DNA from: an uncultured delta proteobacterium
GTDB lineage: Bacteria > Desulfobacterota > Binatia > Bin18
Assembly (NCBI GenBank): GCA_963733195.1
Contig: CAVTCR010000073.1
Span: forward strand, 96,001 to 160,000
Reading direction: 5' to 3'
DNA: 64,000 nt
The translations under genes and the position numbers were made by a program. Positions 55,369-64,000 of this stretch are shown piece after piece. The notes beneath the pieces are model-generated. The model searched no databases. It was not told where the DNA came from and saw only the letters and a program-made list of their open reading frames with translations. Positions within the stretch are counted from its first letter, which is position 1. Each line of letters opens with the position of its first letter.

Positions 55369-56136
55369 TTACTCAGCAATTTGTTTTGCGCGTCTTTGTT
55401 GATAACCATCTTGCACTGCTCCGTACAGATCAACAGTATACCGATTCACATCTTCAAAGAGTTCAAGATTCAGGGACCGGTAGTTAATGGCACTTCCTAC
55501 AGTCGTGCCACCACGGACGGCGATCAGTTGGAGAGTTGAGAGAAAATAGGTCATCGGGTTCATTGCTCCGTCTGCAACGAGTCCGACTGTGTCACGAATA
55601 TTCGACGGGCCATAGAATGGCAACATCAGGTAAGGGCCTGAAGGAACACCATACACTGCCAAGGTCTGGCCAAAGTCTTCAGGGCTCTCCTTCCACCCAA
55701 GCCATTCATCAGCGACATCGAGAAATCCGACACCGCCGATTGTTGTATTGATGACAAAGCGACCGACTTCTCGTCCGGCCTGTGGGATTTTGCCCTGGAA
55801 CAGGTTGTTGGCAAAGCGTTCCACGATTCCCAGGTTCTTAAAGAACCGCTGCACCCCACGTTGGGCGGCATTTGGCATGACTGCATCGTACGCAGTAGCG
55901 ACTGGACGCAATGCATACTCATCGAGTTTGAGATTAAACTCGAACACTGGCTGGTTGAACCATTCCAATGTGTCTGGCGGAGGTGGGGAAAATAGTTCCT
56001 CTGCACCAAGTTTTGGACGTGGAGATGTCGTCTCCTCGTCTGTCGATGGTGTTTGCGCCTGGGCTGGCATCGGGAATATAATTCCGCTCAGAATACTAAC
56101 ACTCATGAGCGCTGCGAGTAGTATTCGTACCGTCAC
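55369..56136 (-). CDS. mlaA: MlaA/VacJ family protein
   Basis: RFVINTTIGGVG, EDFGQTL and PYLMLPFYGPSNIRD motifs; no clear lipobox. Confidence 0.92.
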   Translation of the reverse strand: MTVRILLAALMSVSILSGIIFPMPAQAQTPSTDEETTSPRPKLGAEELFSPPPPDTLEWFNQPVFEFNLKLDEYALRPVATAYDAVMPNAAQRGVQRFFKNLGIVERFANNLFQGKIPQAGREVGRFVINTTIGGVGFLDVADEWLGWKESPEDFGQTLAVYGVPSGPYLMLPFYGPSNIRDTVGLVADGAMNPMTYFLSTLQLIAVRGGTTVGSAINYRSLNLELFEDVNRYTVDLYGAVQDGYQQRRAKQIAE

Positions 56137-56198
56137 GGTATGCTCCTCTCTCGTCTACTGTTACTATCGTCCTTACCCTCGACTGTCTTTACTCCATT

Positions 56199-56672
56199 TC
56201 ATTGGGTGTCTTGCGGTGAGGGGTTGGTTTCGACATTGCCGAAAATGAACTTTTGAATAATTTCCTGCAAATCAACAGGAGATTCAGTGTTACGAATATA
56301 GCCCCCTGGTGCAATCTGGTTAGCAGTGGTTCCCGGAAGAATCTCAACATAGCGCTCGCCGATGAGTCCGGCAGATTTGATGGCGGCTTTAGCATCTTCT
56401 TTTAATACGATCGTCGGTTTGAGATGGATGGTCACGTGGGCACGATAATCTGGTGTTAACTGGACGGCAACAACGCGGCCAATGTTTACACCTGCTAACT
56501 CTACAAGCGCACCGTCTTGTAACCCTCCAGCGTTGGTAAACTCGGCTTTTACGGCATACCCCTCGGCCGTGCCGAAGCCCACCTGGCCAAGGTGAAGAGA
56601 CAGGTACACCAAGACCACGATGCCGCAGAGCAAGAGAAGGCCAACCAGCAATTCTGAATTACTCGTCTTCAT
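56199..56672 (-). CDS. mlaD: MCE protein MlaD
   Basis: AGGLQDGALVELAGVNIGRV and GLIGERYVEI motifs. Confidence 0.92.
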   Translation of the reverse strand: MKTSNSELLVGLLLLCGIVVLVYLSLHLGQVGFGTAEGYAVKAEFTNAGGLQDGALVELAGVNIGRVVAVQLTPDYRAHVTIHLKPTIVLKEDAKAAIKSAGLIGERYVEILPGTTANQIAPGGYIRNTESPVDLQEIIQKFIFGNVETNPSPQDTQ

Positions 56673-56681
56673 AGCTAAGAG

Positions 56682-57428
56682 TTAGTTCGCCTCAATCGGG
56701 CCGTCACTGCGACCATGGATGAACTGTTGGACCAGCGGATTTGTCGAGGATTGGATGGTCACAGGGGTTCCAACGGCAACAATCGCCCCTTCGTGCAACA
56801 TAGCGACCTGCGTGGCTAAGGAAAAGATCTCTGGAATCTCATGGCTGACAATGACCGCGGTGAAATGCAGCATTTCGTGGAGGTCGAGGATGAGTTGGTG
56901 AATCGCATTGACACGAATCGGATCAAGCCCTGTCGTAGGCTCGTCAAAGAGGAGAAACTCCGGTTCAGAAACCAGTGCGCGCGCCATGGCTACACGTTTC
57001 CGCATACCACCAGAAAGTTCAGCAGGAAATTTTTCGTCTACGCCTGCCAACCCGACTTGTGCCAAACGTTCGCGCACCTTTTCCCGGATAACCGTTTCTC
57101 GTAGACGGGTTTTTTCTCTCAGAGGAAACGCTACATTGTCATATACCGAAAGTGAGTCAAATAACGCTCCGCCTTGGAAGAGCATGCCGAAACGAGTACG
57201 TATGTCATTCAACGCCCGACCGCGCAAGTGACTCACTTCAATATCATCTACCCAGACTTCACCAGCATCGGGTTGCATTAAGCCAATGAGAAGCTTTAAC
57301 AAACAGCTTTTGCCGGCACCGCTTCGGCCAATGATGGTATAGATAGAGCCGTCGGGGATCTCTAAATTCACACCAGCGAGGACACGTTGGCTGCCAAAGG
57401 CTTTGTGCAGGTTGACAACGCGAATCAT
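56682..57428 (-). CDS. mlaF: ABC ATPase MlaF
   Basis: GRSGAGKS, LSGGMRKRV and DEPTTGLDP motifs. Confidence 0.92.
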   Translation of the reverse strand: MIRVVNLHKAFGSQRVLAGVNLEIPDGSIYTIIGRSGAGKSCLLKLLIGLMQPDAGEVWVDDIEVSHLRGRALNDIRTRFGMLFQGGALFDSLSVYDNVAFPLREKTRLRETVIREKVRERLAQVGLAGVDEKFPAELSGGMRKRVAMARALVSEPEFLLFDEPTTGLDPIRVNAIHQLILDLHEMLHFTAVIVSHEIPEIFSLATQVAMLHEGAIVAVGTPVTIQSSTNPLVQQFIHGRSDGPIEAN

Positions 57429-57435
57429 GAGGATG

Positions 57436-58203
57436 CTACAAAATCGAAGTGAGGAAATAATCCCATACTAAGATGAGTACTGAGCACATAACAACAGCTT
57501 GCGTCGTAGCGTGACTGACCCCCTCTGCGCCGCGTGCAGCATAAAAGCCTTTAAAACAGCAAACCCACGCGACGATCACGCCAAACGAAAGAGATTTGTA
57601 CAACCCGCCCCAAATGTCGTCGAGCGTAACGGCACTGCTCATCTGCGTGAAGTATGAACCCGCACTCACGCCAAGGAGTTGCACCCCAACGAGATAACCT
57701 CCATAGATACCAACGACAACAAACACCGCATTGAGTAAGGGAAAGGTAATGATGGCGGCAAGGAGAATGGGGACGACGAGATACTTGATCGGGTTGAGGG
57801 CCATCACTTCCAATGCATCAATCTGTTCGGAGATGCGCATGATCCCAAGTTCGGCGGTTAACGCCGATCCTGCCCGCCCAGTGATCATCAACGCCGAGAG
57901 CACTGGGCCTAACTCTCGTATCAAGCTGAGCCCGACGCCAGGCCCAAGAAAAGCCTCACCGCCAAAACGCCGTAGCGCGGTGTAGCCTTGGAAGGCCACA
58001 ACCATACCGGTGAATGCTCCAGTGAAAATGATCAAAAGGAGAGATCGAGCACCAATGAAGTCAATGCGACGAAGGAGCTGATTCAGTTGGAGTGGGGGAA
58101 CAAACAGATGTAAAAGGACTGAGGCAAGAAAGATTCCCATCTTGCCAGTTTCGTGGAGAAAACGATTGGTAACCCGTGCACTGAAACGTGCTAACGTCAA
58201 CAC
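57436..58203 (-). CDS. mlaE: ABC permease MlaE
   Basis: RELGPVL, GRAGSALTAELG and EQIDALEVMA motifs. Confidence 0.93.
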   Translation of the reverse strand: MLTLARFSARVTNRFLHETGKMGIFLASVLLHLFVPPLQLNQLLRRIDFIGARSLLLIIFTGAFTGMVVAFQGYTALRRFGGEAFLGPGVGLSLIRELGPVLSALMITGRAGSALTAELGIMRISEQIDALEVMALNPIKYLVVPILLAAIITFPLLNAVFVVVGIYGGYLVGVQLLGVSAGSYFTQMSSAVTLDDIWGGLYKSLSFGVIVAWVCCFKGFYAARGAEGVSHATTQAVVMCSVLILVWDYFLTSIL

Positions 58204-58464
58204 TCGCGCAACCTCACCCTATAACCCTCGTCGCGGCACTGTTTGCTATACAATGAGGTATCGAAACTCAACGCCTCATATAAGCCGCATTGCGGTGGTA
58301 GCGCGAATGACCTACCACACGCACTCGGACCGCTCAAGAGAGCAGGCTATGATGAGATACTGGATGTTTTCTCGATCTATCGCAGCGATGCTCACTTCGC
58401 CAAAGCGTACCGCGAGTGTAGTCGTACGGGCGCGGTGTTCCGAGAACGTGGGGTTAGAACGGAA

Positions 58465-58902
58465 CTAACTGCGCCGGCGAGTGAGCTTGTACGGCGAGTC
58501 CCAGACGTCGGGCTCGATATACGCAGGATTCAAGGTATCCCACCGAATCAGTTTACGACGGAAGTATTCGGCATTGAGATCAAGATGAACACAGATACTC
58601 TCAAAGCCAAACAACCATTCTGGGTTTGTATCCCAGAACCAGTCGCGAATCTCACGGAAGACCTCGCGACCGTAATCTGTTCGTGTATGCCGGTAACGGA
58701 ACCAACAGGCGACAGCGTCTTGTAGCACTGCGAACATCAGTCTTCGTTCGCCGGTCCACGTCGCTGTCGATTGTTGACCTGCGGTAAAGAACTGTTCAGG
58801 AAGGAAGAGGAGGGGTTGTAAACGATGATGATCGGCAGGGGGAATGCCAAACACCTCTTGTTCAGGAAACGGGAGAGATTTTGCTGTATTTGTCTGTTCC
58901 AT
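58465..58902 (-). CDS. uncharacterised small protein, paralogue 3
   Basis: LPEQF...GERRLMFAVLQDAVACW...FREIRDWF...WLFGFESICVHLDLNAEYFR; AAGGA RBS. Confidence 0.8.
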   Translation of the reverse strand: MEQTNTAKSLPFPEQEVFGIPPADHHRLQPLLFLPEQFFTAGQQSTATWTGERRLMFAVLQDAVACWFRYRHTRTDYGREVFREIRDWFWDTNPEWLFGFESICVHLDLNAEYFRRKLIRWDTLNPAYIEPDVWDSPYKLTRRRS

Positions 58903-59003
58903 GCTGCTATTCCTTATCTGGGGAAGGGGAGATCTTAACTGCGCGTATGGGAGCAGAGTTGCAGCCCTGGGCTTATTCGATTTCTCGTGGGTCCCATATT
59001 TCA

Positions 59004-59018
59004 GCAATAAATAGGCCA
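59004..59018 (-). promoter_or_regulatory. sigma-54 promoter upstream of paralogue 3
   Basis: minus strand TGGCCTATTTATTGC (GG-N10-GC). Confidence 0.55.
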
Positions 59019-59190
59019 AATATAAGGCCACTTCGAGTACGTAAATCTCTCCCTAATGAGGAGAGTTGCCTCATATAGTGTGTTTATGTCCCTTTTTGCC
59101 CCACTGTTGTACCTTTCGAAATATACGAATAACCCTACTTCCTATATATTTTCCCAGAGGATGCGAGAATTTAGCTGTAGATGCGATTGA

Positions 59191-59205
59191 TGGCACAGCC
59201 ATTGC
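59191..59205 (+). promoter_or_regulatory. sigma-54 promoter upstream of the 59375 ORF and otsAB
   Basis: TGGCACAGCCATTGC, consensus match. Confidence 0.7.
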
Positions 59206-59374
59206 GGGAATACAGACTACACATCATAACTACCTGCCCTCATTCCATTATTATTTCGATATTTAGTAGGTATCGAATTGAAATTTTAACAAGGATCCTC
59301 GCTCTTTAGTCTGATCATCGATGAAGAACCTGATGGTTCGTTCGTCACGCGGGGATTGAGAAGGAGATTAATTA

Positions 59375-59653
59375 ATGGTGCAAGCGCAAAATCCGCAAGA
59401 GGCATATGAAAAAGGGTATATTGATGGATCGCGGATGGCGGAACAGATGCGATGGCAAGGAACGCCGATCGGCAACATGCTTAAAGGCTCTTGTTATGAC
59501 CCAGATCGTCATTTTCATGCCGCCTACGACGATGGCTTTAAGCGTGCGATGGATGCTGCAAGCCGTGTGGAATGGTCTTTTCCCGAAGGAAAAACCTCGA
59601 CTATTGAACATTTTGAGGTCTCTAGTCCCAATCGCTGGTTGTCTGCTGTATAA
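59375..59653 (+). CDS. small hypothetical protein with YxxG(Y/F) repeats
   Basis: AAGGAG RBS; AYEKGYIDG and AYDDGFKRA. Confidence 0.65.
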   Translation: MVQAQNPQEAYEKGYIDGSRMAEQMRWQGTPIGNMLKGSCYDPDRHFHAAYDDGFKRAMDAASRVEWSFPEGKTSTIEHFEVSSPNRWLSAV

Positions 59654-59717
59654 AAAATTGCCGCCAGTGGCAAAAAAATACCGATACGAATAGCGGCGAA
59701 TGATCCGGAGGACAAGA

Positions 59718-61286
59718 ATGACCGTGAGAGCTTTTCAGAGAGACGGATCGTGGACTGCGACGTTCTTGCAAAAGACTATTCGTGAAAAATTACAAGGGCG
59801 CCGCCTCGTGGTTGTATCAAACCGTGAACCGTATATGCACGAATATGGGAGAGACCTGCTGGTGTGTGAACGCCCTGCATCCGGTATGGTAAGTGCCATC
59901 GACCCAGTGTTACAGGCCTGCGGTGGATTATGGGTTGCGCACGGCAGTGGTTCAGCCGACCGTTTGGTTGTTGACGAACAAGACCGTATTGAGGTCCCTC
60001 CAGAGGCTCCACGTTATACTCTCAAGCGTGTGTGGCTCTCGAAACAAGAAGAGCAAGGGTATTATTACGGATTTGCAAACGAAGGACTCTGGCCACTTTG
60101 TCATGTGGTGTTTGCCCGTCCTCGCTTCGACCTCAGCGACTGGGCTACCTATGTCGATGTCAATCAAAAGTTTGCCTATGCGATTCTTGCCGAAATTCAA
60201 GATACGCCTGCGCTCATATGGATTCAGGATTATCACTTTGCATTGCTGCCACGTATGTTGAAGGAATCGCGGCCAGACGTGATGATCGCACAGTTTTGGC
60301 ACATTCCATGGCCGAATCCTGAAGCCTTTCGTATTTGCCCCTGGAAGCACGAGATATTGTGGGGGCTGTTAGCGAACGACCTACTAGGCTTCCATATTCG
60401 TTATCATTGCGACAATTTTCTCGCGACAGTGAAGCGTGAACTGGAAGTGCGCGTTGATCATGAGCGCTCATCAGTATTTCACCATGATGGGATAGAGACT
60501 CTTATCCGACCCTTCCCTATTAGTACTGACTTCGCTGGGGTCTCTAAGCAAGCCGAGAGTGATGAGGTCAAGGCGGAAAGTCGGCGTTTACAGGCATTGC
60601 GCGAAATTCGTGGACGACGCGTATGTCTCGGTCTTGATCGTCTCGACTACACGAAGGGGATTCCTGAACGCCTGCGGGCGTTTGAACGACTCCTGTGTAA
60701 GTATCCGCATTTGCAACGGAAGGTCGTGTTCGTGCAAGTCGGTCCTGAAAGTCGTATGGCGATCCCACGTTATAAGGCTCTCAATGAAGAGATTGTTCGT
60801 TTGGTTTCTGAGCTCAACCGCAAGTATGGAAGTCCTGACTGGGTTCCGGTTGTCCTGTTGCGGCAGCATTTATCGCTCGCACGTGTATTGGCTTGGTACC
60901 GTCTTGCTGAGGTTTGCGTTGTCAGTTCTTTACACGACGGGATGAATCTCGTTGCCAAAGAGTATGTAGCGGCCAAGAACGACCGAGAGGGAGTGTTGGT
61001 GTTAAGCCGGTTTACCGGGGCGGCTCGCGAGCTAGATCAAGCGCTTCTGATTAATCCGTATGACACTGAAGCCTTTGCTGATATTCTAGCTACGGCTTTA
61101 GACATGGAGAATGAGGAGCGAGAAAACCGTATGCAGCGTTTGCGGGATACGGTGAAGAGCAATAATATCTATCGCTGGGCAGGAAAAATACTTACGACCT
61201 TAGCATCTCTGCATCAGAAGCCGCAGTCAAGCCAGCCTGTGTCTACTGTGTCGGTTGAAATTGCCGCCCTGGCCTCAGGGGCCTAG
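59718..61286 (+). CDS. otsA: trehalose-6-phosphate synthase
   Basis: VVSNREPY, WPLCH, QDYH, FWHIPWP, DRLDYTKG and DGMNLVAKEY motifs. Confidence 0.95.
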   Translation: MTVRAFQRDGSWTATFLQKTIREKLQGRRLVVVSNREPYMHEYGRDLLVCERPASGMVSAIDPVLQACGGLWVAHGSGSADRLVVDEQDRIEVPPEAPRYTLKRVWLSKQEEQGYYYGFANEGLWPLCHVVFARPRFDLSDWATYVDVNQKFAYAILAEIQDTPALIWIQDYHFALLPRMLKESRPDVMIAQFWHIPWPNPEAFRICPWKHEILWGLLANDLLGFHIRYHCDNFLATVKRELEVRVDHERSSVFHHDGIETLIRPFPISTDFAGVSKQAESDEVKAESRRLQALREIRGRRVCLGLDRLDYTKGIPERLRAFERLLCKYPHLQRKVVFVQVGPESRMAIPRYKALNEEIVRLVSELNRKYGSPDWVPVVLLRQHLSLARVLAWYRLAEVCVVSSLHDGMNLVAKEYVAAKNDREGVLVLSRFTGAARELDQALLINPYDTEAFADILATALDMENEERENRMQRLRDTVKSNNIYRWAGKILTTLASLHQKPQSSQPVSTVSVEIAALASGA

Positions 61287-61288
61287 GC

Positions 61289-62077
61289 ATGTTGGAGAGG
61301 ATGCCCGTTTCTCTTTGGAAAAGCCCGTGGCCTGAGCGGTTGCGTTGTGCTTTGCCGCGCTTGTTGTTATGTCTTGATTATGATGGCACGCTTACTCCCA
61401 TCGCTGAGCGTCCGGACGAGGCGCGTCCTCCTGCTGCATTGTTGACCCTTCTTTCCCGGCTTGTTGAGCACCCCCACATCGCCGTTGCTATCGTCAGTGG
61501 TCGAGCCCTTCCTGATCTGCGTGCGCTCCTGCCAATACCTGGACTTGTGTTCATCGGTACTCATGGGTGTGAGGTCGGAACCGCAGACGGAGGGACACGG
61601 TTACTTGTGCCGGGTGGGGTGGTTTCTTTAGCGATCACTCGCCTCCGTCAAGAGATTGCCCCTATGCTGTTCGACTCGCCAGGCCTCCTTTTGGAAGACA
61701 AACGCTACGCCCTTGCACTCCACTATCGCCTCGCGCGACCAGAGGACATGCGGGTCATTGAAGGATTTCTTGCTGCCGTACGGGAATATCAACGCAAAGG
61801 AATTACATTGGAAGTGATCCACGGAAAAAAAGTCGTCGAGGTTCGGCCAGTCGGTAGCAACAAAGGGAAGGCCGTGCAGTTTCTCCTCGCTGGAAAGTAT
61901 ACCAACACCCTCCCTATCTACATAGGAGACGATCTAACCGACGAGGAGGCGTTTGTGGCCCTTGGCGAGCGTGGGGTAACAATTATCGTGGCCGATCCAC
62001 CTCGCGCCTCTGCAGCTCAGTGTTATCTGAAAGACCATCGAGAAGTTCTTCGCTTCCTATCTGGATTGGTGAGTTAA
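61289..62077 (+). CDS. otsB: trehalose-6-phosphate phosphatase
   Basis: LDYDGTL, SGR, HYR, KG.A and GDDLTDE HAD motifs. Confidence 0.95.
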   Translation: MLERMPVSLWKSPWPERLRCALPRLLLCLDYDGTLTPIAERPDEARPPAALLTLLSRLVEHPHIAVAIVSGRALPDLRALLPIPGLVFIGTHGCEVGTADGGTRLLVPGGVVSLAITRLRQEIAPMLFDSPGLLLEDKRYALALHYRLARPEDMRVIEGFLAAVREYQRKGITLEVIHGKKVVEVRPVGSNKGKAVQFLLAGKYTNTLPIYIGDDLTDEEAFVALGERGVTIIVADPPRASAAQCYLKDHREVLRFLSGLVS

Positions 62078-62235
62078 TTGGCACCTCTTTTGAAAGAACA
62101 AAGAATATTGTGGAAAATCATCAAGGAAAACTTGTGACCATGTCTTTTCCTCTGTCGGGGTTCACGATAGAAACAGAGAAATGGGGGCTAGATGAGGCGT
62201 TGGGAGGAAACTTGTGGCATCTTGCCCCGGAGACT

Positions 62236-63759
62236 ATGAGCCTAGGCAATAAACTTACCTGCTATCTCTTAGTTGGTGTCCTCTTGGTCATGGGAATCGA
62301 CTTGTATCTTAGTGTCGAGCGGACACGTGCCAATCTCTTAGTCGATTTGCGGAGCGAAGTATCAACTCTTAGTCGCACTTTGCAACTTGCATTGGATACT
62401 GCGGGGGGAGATACGCCAGAGCGATACTTCGATCGCCTCGTCGTCGGGATCAGTGGATTTGAGAACGTACTTGGGGTGGCCTTCTATAATCGTAACGGTG
62501 ATATCACCTCGCTTTCGGCCTCACTAGAGAATCGTAAACTACCGGATGTCGATGTTCGTGGGATTATTGATTCTCGCACTCCGGCCGAGGGATTGCTTAC
62601 CGAAGGAAAGGCACAACGGTATTACCGCGTCGGGCCGATTGCAAACTCAGAGGGGGAAGGAATCGCTGCATTTTTGGTCATCGAAGATCTGCCACTATTC
62701 ACCAATGAGTTTCGTGCACGAGCCTACCAAACGCTACTGACAACTGCTGGTTTAATGGGAGTGCTAGTTCTTATCGTTCCCGTAATGATTCGTCGTGGAG
62801 TTACGCAACCTCTCAACCGCTTCGCACAACAGATTGAAGTTATCGGTCAGGGGAGATTCGATCAACGTCTGGCAACGACGCGTCGCGATGAAATCGGTCG
62901 CCTCGCACAAGAATTTGATCGTATGTGCAGCCGGCTGGAATCTGCCCAGCATCGTCTGCTTGTCGAGAGCGAGGAAAAGTTGCGGTTGGAGCGAACTCTG
63001 CGCCATTCTGGGAAACTTGCGGCCTTAGGACAACTCGCTTCACGTCTCGCCCACGAGATTGGTACGCCACTCAATGTCATCCAAGGACGAGCAGAGCAGC
63101 TGTTACGACAAGAAGGATTGGTTGAGAAAGATCGTAATTTCATTCGGGTGATTATTTCTCAGATCGAACGTATCAGTGGATTCCTCCGTGAACTGTTAAC
63201 CTTGGCACGACGACCAGAGCCGCGCTTACGGGTAGTGTCGGTCAATGACATCGTTCGTCACGTTCGCGAAGTGATTGGTGAGCAAGAGCAACAAGCTGGA
63301 GCTGAAGTCATCCTTGCCTTGGCATTAGAAGACGCGCTTCCGGCAGTGCAGGTCGACCCGGACCAACTCGAACAGGTTCTTCTCAATCTCACTGTGAATG
63401 CACTCCAAGCAGTAGGAACGGTGGGTTCGGTGACGTTGAAGACCCAACTTGTAGAACAGGGGCATAGCAACAGAGAGGCAACTGTTGACGTGATTGTTGC
63501 GGATACTGGTCCTGGGATTCATCCGGACGATCTTCCTCGTGTGTTTGAGCCGTTCTTTACGACAAAAGGATCGAGTGGGACCGGCCTAGGATTGGCAATC
63601 AGCCGCGAGATTGTTCTCAATCATCACGGGGAGATTCGCGTTGAGAGTGAGGCCGGACGCGGGGCACGATTCATCGTGTCGTTACCGGTTCAGAAAGATC
63701 TCGCGATTGGAGAACAATCAGTGACTATGATTGAGTCTAGGGGAGGAATTTCATGCTAA
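62236..63759 (+). CDS. NtrB-like sensor histidine kinase with HAMP domain
   Basis: LAHEIGTPLN, NLTVNA, DTGPGI and FFTTK..GTGLGL motifs. Confidence 0.93.
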   Translation: MSLGNKLTCYLLVGVLLVMGIDLYLSVERTRANLLVDLRSEVSTLSRTLQLALDTAGGDTPERYFDRLVVGISGFENVLGVAFYNRNGDITSLSASLENRKLPDVDVRGIIDSRTPAEGLLTEGKAQRYYRVGPIANSEGEGIAAFLVIEDLPLFTNEFRARAYQTLLTTAGLMGVLVLIVPVMIRRGVTQPLNRFAQQIEVIGQGRFDQRLATTRRDEIGRLAQEFDRMCSRLESAQHRLLVESEEKLRLERTLRHSGKLAALGQLASRLAHEIGTPLNVIQGRAEQLLRQEGLVEKDRNFIRVIISQIERISGFLRELLTLARRPEPRLRVVSVNDIVRHVREVIGEQEQQAGAEVILALALEDALPAVQVDPDQLEQVLLNLTVNALQAVGTVGSVTLKTQLVEQGHSNREATVDVIVADTGPGIHPDDLPRVFEPFFTTKGSSGTGLGLAISREIVLNHHGEIRVESEAGRGARFIVSLPVQKDLAIGEQSVTMIESRGGISC

Positions 63760-64000
63760 CGGCGGAGCGTAGGGGCCGTGCGCGAGTTCTCGTACTGGAT
63801 GATGAGCGAGAAATGGGGTCATTTCTCGTCGATCTCCTGAGTGATGAAGGCTACACCACAGAGGCGTACCAGAGAGGGACTGAGGTCGTCGCCGCACTAG
63901 AGAAAGAAGGCGCAGACTTACTCATCACGGATATGGTGATGGATGGCATGAAAGGCATGGAAGTCTTACGGGCTGCGAAACTCCGCGACCCGAGCATTGC
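63753..64000 (+). CDS. response regulator receiver domain (probably NtrC-type), runs off the window
   Basis: manual translation MLTAERRGRARVLVLDDE...LLITDMVMDGMKG; overlaps the kinase stop. Confidence 0.85.
   Translation, partial: MLTAERRGRARVLVLDDEREMGSFLVDLLSDEGYTTEAYQRGTEVVAALEKEGADLLITDMVMDGMKGMEVLRAAKLRDPSI

Overview
Bacterial chromosomal window. Gene content (F420 cofG/H/D/E, LLM oxidoreductases, wHTH-STAND-TPR regulator, DUF1302 porin, Mla operon, sigma-54 promoters) suggests a Binatia/deltaproteobacterium-like organism; this is inference only. Scattered single-base frameshifts in housekeeping genes look like long-read errors. Layout: (1) 1-2723, right end of a decayed island (MazF remnant, CDF transporter, integrase remnant) abutting the 5' end of tRNA-Arg(UCG). 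(2) 2.8-18.5 kb, core genes including a hidden UGA-recoded PrdB/GrdB-like selenoprotein with a SECIS-like hairpin next to a TIGR04283-type glycosyltransferase, fbaB/fbp and hydrolases/LLM. (3) 18.54-35.83 kb, a 17.3-kb nested element: an IS110 inserted into a REP palindrome (CTCAG at both ends; the empty site can be rebuilt), split by an IS6-bounded 16-kb segment carrying a Rieske oxygenase cluster, many IS remnants and two 109-bp IS6-type MITEs. (4) 36-64 kb, core genes: cofEDHG, hisG, lpxD, a SigK/RskA-DUF4331-TPR-Ni/Co transporter module, two-component systems, pyk, mlaEFDAC and otsAB. Three paralogues of one uncharacterised small-protein family and many palindromic or heptameric repeats (some translated inside proteins) are also present.
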